Shown: positions 46,031 through 53,176 of the stretch, in pieces
Layout: the number at the start of each line of letters is the position of its first letter
Numbering within the stretch: the stretch's first letter is position 1
Assembly (NCBI GenBank): GCA_046327755.1
Contig: JAXLXW010000014.1
Span: forward strand, 8,051-72,050
DNA from: Gemmatimonadaceae bacterium
GTDB taxonomy: Bacteria > Gemmatimonadota > Gemmatimonadetes > Gemmatimonadales > Gemmatimonadaceae
DNA length: 64,000 bases
Reading direction: 5' to 3'
Program-made: the position numbers and the translations under genes
Notes under the pieces: model-generated
Databases searched by the model: none
Told to the model about the DNA's origin: nothing
What the model saw: the letters and a program-made list of their open reading frames with translations, nothing else

Positions 46031-49000
46031 TCATCGCGGGGTCATCCACGCCACGTCCGTGCGCACCCCGCGCCACAGCTCCAGCGGCCCGTGGAGCAGC
46101 TGCGTCCCGGCCGATTCATCGCCGAGGTGCAGGTGGAAGGGGCGGTCGAGGGGGATGGGTTCGGGGGAGATCCAGAGGACGCGCCCGTTGAGGGCAATGC
46201 CGCACCGGCCATCGGGGAGGAGCTGCACGCGGAGCGTCCACCAGCGCCCGGTGCGCATCGACGCGGCGTCGTCGCCAAGGGCCAGGATGCGCCCCACACC
46301 GCCGCGCGCGCTGCCATGCGTCGCCCCCCACGCGCCGGACATCGGGTACTCGAAGCCGCACTGCGCCTCGGCCGTGCCTAACGTTGACGCGACGTTGCGC
46401 GGGTCGGCGGCAACGAGCGCGGCGATGTCGACGCCGGCATCGAAGAAGGTGCGGGCACGCTGCCACTTGGGGCGCGTGAGCGGTGTCGACAGGCGCAACT
46501 CCACGCCGAGCCCCTCGCGCGCATCGAAAGCCTGCCGCAGGACGACGGCGCTGGTGTAGACGCCGTCGCCGGCGTTCCAGAGCGCGCGCACTGCCCCCGG
46601 TCCGGTGACGACGCGCGGGCGCGGATCGCCGAAGACGATCCACCGCGACTCCCAGGACGCATCCCACCCCTCGCGAACGAGCGTGACCGGGGGCTGGCCG
46701 GCGATGGCAAAGGGGCGCGCCGTGCTGCGCCAGCCGGCGAGCGACGCGCTGATGGTGACGCGTCCGCGTCGGCGCGGGCGCACGATGCCGCCCGAGTCGA
46801 CGACGGCGACGGTGGTATCGCTCGACTGCCAGCGCACGGGCGCCAGCAGCGGAATGGTACTCCCGTTGGCGGATACCGCGCGCACCAACAATTGAGAGCT
46901 GACGCCGAGCGGGAGCGAGTGCGAGGTGTCGGCGAATTCGAGACGGTCGATCCGCGAGGAGGAATCTCCCGTCCCCAGCCACCAGCGCACCGTCCACGAC
47001 GGGGCGACGATCGGCGACACGGGGCGCGCCGCCGACGGGCGCGCGACCGGCACCACCCAGTCGCGCACGCCGCGAATGCCGTCGACGCGAACGGAGGCGA
47101 CGACCCACGACCGGTCGGGGCTCATGCGCGCCCGCGTGACCCACGGCCCGAGTACGAGGCGCGTGGTGCGCCGCTCCCAGTCATACGCGACGAGCAGGCG
47201 CCGGTCACCGTGGTCGGCGATGACGACGACTTCGTTCAGCCCGCTCCACCCCACCAGTTCGCCGGCGGGCGCGTCCTCCACCGATCGGCAAGGCGGCTCG
47301 TCCGTGCCGCCGAACGAGGTGACACACAGGCGCCCTGGGAAATCGCTCGACTCGCGCACGAAGGCGATGCGCGTCCCGTCGGGTGAAGACACGGCGGCGT
47401 TGTCGTGCGACGGACCGCGCGTGACCTGTCGTGCGGCGCCGGTCGCGGTGTCGAACACGGCGACGTCGTAGTCGCCATCGTCAGGCGGAGACCAGCGGTT
47501 GGTGAGCCCGACGAGCGCCGACCCGTCGGGGAGCCATCCGGTGACGACGTCATCACGCCGCTCACGCGTGAGGCGCCGCGTGCCGGCCGGGGTACGGATC
47601 CAGATGTCGAGCGTGGTGCTGTCCCCCGAGTGCTGCGTCCACGCGACGGCGCGCCCGTCGGGAGAGAAGACCGGCGGTCGCTCGGAGTAGCGCGTGGCGA
47701 CGGGGGCGAGGTCGGCGACGTGGCGCGTGAACTCGACCGGGGTGGCGCGTCCGTCCCACTCGTTCGGGTGCACGACGGTCAGGTAGGTCGCGCCCGCGGA
47801 ATCGGCGTAGGCGAGACGCTGCAGCGAACGGTCGCCGGCCGATCGCGCTCGTTGGTAGGCGACACCTGCGGCGCCGGCGATCACCGCCAGGAGCAACGCG
47901 CCGGCCGCGAGCGCCTGGCGCGCGCCATTCCAGAGCCCGAGGCGCCACGCGAGCGGGAGCGATGCCGCGAGGGATTCGGGCCCTCCATTTGGGATGGCAT
48001 CGCCCAATAGCTCGCGCGCGAGCACGTCGAGCGGCCGCCGATCGCCGCGCGTGCGCAGCAGGCGCACGTAACGGCGATAGAGGCGGCGGAGCGCCGCGTC
48101 GTCCGCCGCCGCACGCGCGTGATGCGCCGACCGCAGCACGGCGTGCGGATCGTCGCCGGCGACCTGTTCGCAGTAGCCGGCGACCACGCGCTCCGCGCGT
48201 GCGCGCGTCGACGGATCGAGCGCCGCGCGTGCCGCCTCGGCGATCTCATCGTGCGCCGGGATCCACCCGCCGGCGACGCGCGAGACGAGCCCGAGGCGCT
48301 CCAGCGGGTCCAGCTGATCGCCGGTCTCCTCGCGCGCGACGGTGAGGAGGGTGGCCAGGGCGTTGCGCTCGAGCGGCATCCCCGCCGTCGCGATGAGCGC
48401 GAGGGTCCAAAGATGCGCAGCCGGCAGGGTGCGAACGCGCTCGCGCAGGGCCTCTCCCTCGCGCAGGAGCGCGGCGAGCCCCGCCGTGTCGTCGCAGCGC
48501 CACTCCTGCTGTGCGAGGGCGAGCGTGCCCCGGTCGAGGGCGAGGCGCAGCGTCTCGAGGATGAGGAGCGGGCTCCCCCCCGAGGCGCGGTGCAGTCCTT
48601 CCACCAGCGCCTCCCCCCACGGTGCAGCTGGCGGGATGGATGCGATGGCACCGACGAGCGCCCCGACTTCCGTCGTCGTGAGGGCGCGGAGTGGGAGCAT
48701 CGTGCAGCGGTCCGACGACGGGGCACGCTCCGGGCGCGAGGCGGTGAGGCAGAGGACATGCGCTCCCTCCAGTCGCCCCCACATCCCCTCCAGCACGCGA
48801 TACGACCAGGCGTCGATCCAGTGCAGGTCGTCGATCGCGAGGACGAATCGCTGCTCGTCGGCCACCGAATGAACGAGGTCGGAGAGGGCGAGGATGCGGC
48901 GGCGCAGCGCCTCCTCCCCGGCGGCGGCGTCGGGGACGCCGCTGAGCGTGGTGGAGAGCGTCGGCGTGAGGGCGAGGAGTGTCGAGGCGCTGGCCGGTGC

Positions 49001-50044
49001 GATGCCTAACGCACCGGGGAGCCGCGCGAGCGCCGTGGCGAGGTCGCCCGCGAAGGCATAGGGGACGTCGCGGTCGCCCGGGGCGCCGCGCAGCGAGATG
49101 ACGGTTGCGCCGGCCGCTGTCAGGCGCGCCAGGGCGTCGCGCAGGAGGCGCGACTTGCCGAAGCCTGCCGGCGCCGTCAGATGCACGTGCCGCGCGGGGC
49201 CGGCGCGCACGGCGTCCCACGCGGCCGTGATGGCGAAGAACTCGCGCTCGCGCCCCGTGAGTTCGGCGGTGAGCGTCGTCGCCGCTCGGTCGTCGTCGCC
49301 GGCGGGGGCGACCCGTCGCGCGCGGGCCAGGGCGGCGCGCGTGGCAGCTTCCAGCGGGGCGCGCCCGTTCGCCGCCCATTGCTCGATGGCCTCCGCCTCC
49401 ATGGACGCCGTCACGAAGTCGCGAGCGGCGATCGCCGTCTCGAGGGCGAGTCGAGCCCCCGCCTCGGAGTCGGGGACGAGCGCGCGGATGCGACGTGCCA
49501 ACTCCCGCGCCTCGCGGAAGCGCGAGGCATTCAGGTGGCGGCGCACGAGCAACTCTCCCCCGCGCAGGAAGCCGCTGCGAAGCCGTTCGCGCTCGAGGTC
49601 CGCCCACTGCTCGAAGGCGACGCCTCCCGGGACCCCGAAGGCGGGAAGGAAGTCGCCGCCGTAGGACGCGACGGCGCGCTCCAGTTCCCCGCACTCGAGC
49701 GCCGACAGGAAGTCGTCGCGATCGGAGCGGATGGCGGTGGCGAGTCGCAGCTCCTCCGCTCCGGCGATGGCGTCGTCGCCGACCACGCGTCGCAAGTTGA
49801 ACAGTGTCTGCCGGAGGGCGCGTCGCGCACGCTCCTGGTCGAGATCGGACCAGAGCAGGTCGATCAGCGATTCGCGCGAGCACTGCCGGCCTGGGGCGAG
49901 GGCAAGGTAGGCGAGGAGGGCAAGCGGCTTTCCCGCTGCCAACAACAGATGATTCCCCGGTTGGGCGTAAAGTGCTGCCGCACCGAGCGTTCGGAGCTCG
50001 AGCGATGGATCGCTATCGGTGGCGGGCACGGCCTCAACGGGCAT
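46031..50044 (-). CDS. membrane-tethered SARP/BTAD-type regulator with AAA ATPase, one TM helix, TolB-like (PD40) propeller, Big_2 and a lectin-like C-terminal domain
   Basis: 1337 aa with an ATG start. The wHTH/BTAD-like N-terminus contains LALLAYLALAPGRQCSRESLIDLLWSD. Walker A is APAGFGKS (49151..49174) and Walker B is VLAIDDLH. The TM helix ALAAGALLLAVIAGAAGVAY is at 47855..47914. PD40-like motifs are FSPDGRAVAW, SSPDGTRIAFV and MSPDRSWVV. The Big_2-like segment is VRWQSSDTTVAVVDSGGIV. Confidence 0.85.
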   Translation of the reverse strand: MPVEAVPATDSDPSLELRTLGAAALYAQPGNHLLLAAGKPLALLAYLALAPGRQCSRESLIDLLWSDLDQERARRALRQTLFNLRRVVGDDAIAGAEELRLATAIRSDRDDFLSALECGELERAVASYGGDFLPAFGVPGGVAFEQWADLERERLRSGFLRGGELLVRRHLNASRFREARELARRIRALVPDSEAGARLALETAIAARDFVTASMEAEAIEQWAANGRAPLEAATRAALARARRVAPAGDDDRAATTLTAELTGREREFFAITAAWDAVRAGPARHVHLTAPAGFGKSRLLRDALARLTAAGATVISLRGAPGDRDVPYAFAGDLATALARLPGALGIAPASASTLLALTPTLSTTLSGVPDAAAGEEALRRRILALSDLVHSVADEQRFVLAIDDLHWIDAWSYRVLEGMWGRLEGAHVLCLTASRPERAPSSDRCTMLPLRALTTTEVGALVGAIASIPPAAPWGEALVEGLHRASGGSPLLILETLRLALDRGTLALAQQEWRCDDTAGLAALLREGEALRERVRTLPAAHLWTLALIATAGMPLERNALATLLTVAREETGDQLDPLERLGLVSRVAGGWIPAHDEIAEAARAALDPSTRARAERVVAGYCEQVAGDDPHAVLRSAHHARAAADDAALRRLYRRYVRLLRTRGDRRPLDVLARELLGDAIPNGGPESLAASLPLAWRLGLWNGARQALAAGALLLAVIAGAAGVAYQRARSAGDRSLQRLAYADSAGATYLTVVHPNEWDGRATPVEFTRHVADLAPVATRYSERPPVFSPDGRAVAWTQHSGDSTTLDIWIRTPAGTRRLTRERRDDVVTGWLPDGSALVGLTNRWSPPDDGDYDVAVFDTATGAARQVTRGPSHDNAAVSSPDGTRIAFVRESSDFPGRLCVTSFGGTDEPPCRSVEDAPAGELVGWSGLNEVVVIADHGDRRLLVAYDWERRTTRLVLGPWVTRARMSPDRSWVVASVRVDGIRGVRDWVVPVARPSAARPVSPIVAPSWTVRWWLGTGDSSSRIDRLEFADTSHSLPLGVSSQLLVRAVSANGSTIPLLAPVRWQSSDTTVAVVDSGGIVRPRRRGRVTISASLAGWRSTARPFAIAGQPPVTLVREGWDASWESRWIVFGDPRPRVVTGPGAVRALWNAGDGVYTSAVVLRQAFDAREGLGVELRLSTPLTRPKWQRARTFFDAGVDIAALVAADPRNVASTLGTAEAQCGFEYPMSGAWGATHGSARGGVGRILALGDDAASMRTGRWWTLRVQLLPDGRCGIALNGRVLWISPEPIPLDRPFHLHLGDESAGTQLLHGPLELWRGVRTDVAWMTPR

Positions 50045-50046
50045 GG

Positions 50047-50080
50047 GATAGCATATAACGGCGCCGTAACGGCAGCTATC
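50047..50080. promoter_or_regulatory. dyad-symmetric element in the divergent intergenic region
   Basis: GATAGC (50047..50052) and GCTATC (50075..50080) flank the palindrome ACGGCGCCGT (50058..50067) and a TAACGGC direct repeat. This is the most AT-rich spot in the local sequence. Confidence 0.4.
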
Positions 50081-50143
50081 GAGGATTGTGCGAAGGTCGC
50101 GCTCGGTTGCCCCCCTTCATTACTCCCCGCATCGCTGCTGTCC

Positions 50144-51721
50144 ATGCATCGCTCCCTTCGCTCCCGCATCGTGCAGGTCGTGGCAGTCGTCTTCGTCGTC
50201 CTGATCGCCAGCTGCGGCGGAGGTGGTGGCGAGGGGTCGTCGGGACCGGGGGACGGGGGGGCGACCAATGGCGTTCGTCTCCACGTGACGGTGTCCGGGC
50301 TCAAGGGGGACAGTGCGGTCCTCTCCCTCAATGGCGGTCAGGATCAGGCAGTCCTTGCCGCGCAGACCGACGTCTTCTGGACCAACGTCCCCAAGAAGAC
50401 GGCCTACGCCATCACCGTGAAGCACCGGCCCGTGCTCCCCTGGCAGAGCTGCGTGATCGGGAACGGGACGGGGACGGCGAACGGCGACGTCGAGAACATC
50501 ACCATGACGTGCACCACCGACAGCTATGCGGTGGGCGGGTCGGTGACGGGACAGGCTGCCGATGGCCTCGTCATCCAGTTCAACCAGGGGAATGCGAAGA
50601 CGATCACCACCGGGACGAACTCGTTCTCGTGGACTGGGATCCCGAGCATGACCGACTGGACCGTCAGCGTGTCGTCGGACCCGGCCGGCCAGCGGTGCGT
50701 CGTGGGGAACGCGAGCGGGCGCGTGGAGGACAAGGACAACATGCGCGTGGCGATCACCTGCGGGGCGAAGGGCTTTGTTGTCAGCGGCGGGATGTCGGGG
50801 GTTGGCGCGGACGGGCTCGCCCTCTCGCTCAACGGTGGCCCCGACCTGTCGCTGCCGAGTGGTTATGGCGGTCCCGGCGGGGACTTCGCCTTTCCCGCCA
50901 CCATGCAGTCGGGCAGCGACTACAGCATCGTGGTGACCAAGATGCCCAACAACCCGTTCCGTCAGTCGTGCGGGGTGGCGCGCGGCAAGGGGCGGGTGGG
51001 CACCGCCGACGTCACCAACGTCGCGGTGAACTGCCGCGCCAACGGGACGCTCGTCCCGCTGGAGGGGACCTACATCGGCTCAGTCGGCACGAAACGGGGC
51101 TACCTCACGCTCTGGGCGGCCGGGATCTACTCGGACGCCATTCGCACCGACGACGCGACCTGTCCCAACAACGGCAACGGCACCGAGTACGGCGTGTACC
51201 GGCACCCGAGCGATGACAGCTTCGTCATCTTCAGCAGCTACACCGATCGCAACGGAGGGTGCGGGTTCTGGGACTCGCAGGCCACCCCGCAGGTGGGCCT
51301 CAACGGCAAGATCGCGCGCACTGCGACAAAGCAGCTCCTGCTGACCTTCGACAACCAGACGCTCACCCTCGATCCCGTGGCGAATGATCCCGCGAAGCTC
51401 CTGGGATCATTCACGCGCGCCGACGGGATCGACGGGAGCTTCGTCGTCTTCGAGGCCGATGGCACCTATCTCTACAACGAGGCGCAGGACGCGCCATCGA
51501 CGGGGAACTTCGCGGGCTTCGAGCGCGGGTGTTACACCGTCAGCGGCAACACCTTCACCGTCTCGTTCGCCGCGTCGTGCAAGCCTAACGGGTCGTCGGC
51601 GCTCGACCTGAACAACCGCGCCGGCTTCTCCGCCACTGCTGGCGCGATCCCGTTCCAGATCACCTCCGACACCACGGCGACGATCGCCGGGACGAAGTAC
51701 CGGCGCATCCTCCCGAAGTGA
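50144..51721 (+). CDS. lipoprotein with three tandem repeats of about 85 aa, each carrying a Cys pair
   Basis: The internal ATG at 50144 of ORF 49181..51721 gives MHRSLRSRIVQVVAVVFVVLIASCGGGGGEG. The repeats end in ...SCVIGNGTGTANGDVENITMTC, ...RCVVGNASGRVEDKDNMRVAITC and ...SCGVARGKGRVGTADVTNVAVNC. Confidence 0.75.
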   Translation: MHRSLRSRIVQVVAVVFVVLIASCGGGGGEGSSGPGDGGATNGVRLHVTVSGLKGDSAVLSLNGGQDQAVLAAQTDVFWTNVPKKTAYAITVKHRPVLPWQSCVIGNGTGTANGDVENITMTCTTDSYAVGGSVTGQAADGLVIQFNQGNAKTITTGTNSFSWTGIPSMTDWTVSVSSDPAGQRCVVGNASGRVEDKDNMRVAITCGAKGFVVSGGMSGVGADGLALSLNGGPDLSLPSGYGGPGGDFAFPATMQSGSDYSIVVTKMPNNPFRQSCGVARGKGRVGTADVTNVAVNCRANGTLVPLEGTYIGSVGTKRGYLTLWAAGIYSDAIRTDDATCPNNGNGTEYGVYRHPSDDSFVIFSSYTDRNGGCGFWDSQATPQVGLNGKIARTATKQLLLTFDNQTLTLDPVANDPAKLLGSFTRADGIDGSFVVFEADGTYLYNEAQDAPSTGNFAGFERGCYTVSGNTFTVSFAASCKPNGSSALDLNNRAGFSATAGAIPFQITSDTTATIAGTKYRRILPK

Positions 51722-51746
51722 CGCGGTCGCACCGTAGGCGCTACCC

Positions 51747-51793
51747 GTGGGGCACGCGTGCCCCACGCGTGCCCCACGCGTGCCGCACGCGCC
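51747..51793. repeat. tandem palindromic repeat, about 3.5 copies of CCACGCGTGCC
   Basis: The sequence is gtggggcacgcgtgccccacgcgtgccccacgcgtgccgcacgcgccc. Every unit contains the palindrome GGCACGCGTGCC, so several alternative hairpins are possible. It starts 26 nt after the lipoprotein stop. Confidence 0.7.
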
Positions 51794-51870
51794 CGAGGCG
51801 CTCGTGGGCGATGGAACGACGCAAGCCGCGAGGCGTAGATTGAGGGAGTCCCATTCCCGCGCGCCGGACC

Positions 51871-52203
51871 GTGCAGATTCGCGTCGTTCGACTCAACTCC
51901 CGCAACCCGCTGGTCGGCGCCGTGCTCCTCGTCGTCGTCCTGGCGCTGCTCGCCTTCCTCCTCACGGCGGGGATGGCGCTCGTGGCGGGTGGCGCCGTCC
52001 TGGGCGGCGTCGGCTACGCGCTGCGGCGCGTCCTGGGGGGAGCGCGCGCGGCGCCTACCGTCATGCCGGGATCAGACTCGCTGCAGGGGATCGAGGAAGC
52101 GGACCCGTTGCTTGGGGGGCGCTTTCGCCCGCTTGGCGAGGAGGTCTTCCCTCCGGGAGAGCGCTCGGCGTCGCCTCGCGTGGGAGACGGGCGGCCGGAG
52201 TGA
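51871..52203 (+). CDS. hypothetical small membrane protein
   Basis: GTG start. Two hydrophobic helices are present (LVGAVLLVVVLALLAFLLTAGMALVAGGAVLGGVGYAL), followed by a polar tail. Support is weak. Confidence 0.35.
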   Translation: MQIRVVRLNSRNPLVGAVLLVVVLALLAFLLTAGMALVAGGAVLGGVGYALRRVLGGARAAPTVMPGSDSLQGIEEADPLLGGRFRPLGEEVFPPGERSASPRVGDGRPE

Positions 52204-52369
52204 TGCAGGCGCGACGGGCGCTGCGGCGTGCGGACTGGCTTGGCCTGCGTCGGCGACTCCGCACGACGCGATCATCACCGAAACTCAGCGCCCGCGCGGA
52301 ACCCGTCGCGCGGTGGGTCGTTTACCTTTCGGACCGAAGCCCTACGCCGTCTCCGAGCCCAGCTGTCGC

Positions 52370-53095
52370 GTGACCCTTCAGGACCTGTACGCCCAGTACG
52401 CCCCGATCCTGCGCCCGATCCTCCGCATCGGCCCGGTCTTTGGCGGTGTGGCGATGGTTGCCTGGCGCGTGCGGGAGACGCGGGTCCCCGTCTCGACCAA
52501 GGCGATCGTGATTCCGCCGGTGGCCATGAGTTCGGGCTTCGCGATCTTCGTGATGCCAATGGCGCGCGTGCCGTGGACCTGGGCGATCGGGACGTTCCTG
52601 CTGGGCCTCCTCGTGCTGTCGTATCCGCTCACGAGCACGACGAGGCTCGAGCCGCGCGACGGCGTGGTGTACATGCAGCGGTCGCGCGCCTTCATGCTGA
52701 TCCTGCTGGCGCTGCTGGCCATCCGGCTCGCGCTGCACGACTACATCGGGCACATCATCTCGCCGCTGCAGACGGCATCGCTCTTCTTCCTGATGGCATT
52801 CGGGATGATTGCGCGCTGGCGCTGGACGATGTTCCGCCAGTTTCGCGCATTGACCGCGGGGGGAGTGGTCGAGCGATCGCGTGCGTCGACGTCCGAGCGG
52901 CCGGCGGCGGCGCGCAGCGGGGCGACGGCGATGCAGATGATGACGATCCTCACGATCCTCGGGATCCTGGTGGCGCTCCTGATCCCCGTGCTGGCGAGTC
53001 GCCGCGCGAAGGGGACGTCGTCGTCGCGGCCGACGTCGACCTCGCAATCGATGGCGCCCGCGCGCGGTGCAGCACCACGGGTGATCGCCGCGTAA
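52370..53095 (+). CDS. CcdC-like (DUF1453) membrane protein with a C-terminal extension
   Basis: GTG at 52370 within ORF 51989..53095. From memory, KAIVIPPVAMSSGFAIFVMP, VYMQRSRAFMLILLALLAIR and FFLMAFGMIARWRWTMFRQFRAL parallel Bacillus CcdC. An extra tail of about 70 aa carries one more hydrophobic helix. Confidence 0.65.
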   Translation: MTLQDLYAQYAPILRPILRIGPVFGGVAMVAWRVRETRVPVSTKAIVIPPVAMSSGFAIFVMPMARVPWTWAIGTFLLGLLVLSYPLTSTTRLEPRDGVVYMQRSRAFMLILLALLAIRLALHDYIGHIISPLQTASLFFLMAFGMIARWRWTMFRQFRALTAGGVVERSRASTSERPAAARSGATAMQMMTILTILGILVALLIPVLASRRAKGTSSSRPTSTSQSMAPARGAAPRVIAA

Positions 53096-53176
53096 CAGGG
53101 GGACGATCCCTCGATCGTCCGCTGGCCGGGTGGCGCGTTGCACCCCGCGGCGACCTCCCCTACGCACGGAAGCCCT

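Noticed and set aside
49181-50143. N-terminal 321 codons of the 846-aa track ORF 49181..51721
   Set aside because: This part lies antisense to the well-supported regulator gene and is low-complexity. A lipoprotein signal peptide begins at the internal ATG at 50144.
51747-51793. Possible mini-CRISPR array
   Set aside because: The units are 11 bp long and directly abutting with no spacers. No cas genes are in the window.
52925-53095. MQMMTILTILGILVALLIPVLAS as a type IV pilin or pseudopilin N-terminus
   Set aside because: It lacks the G/F(M)TLxE prepilin cleavage motif and Glu5. It is also in frame with, and not separated from, the CcdC-like protein.
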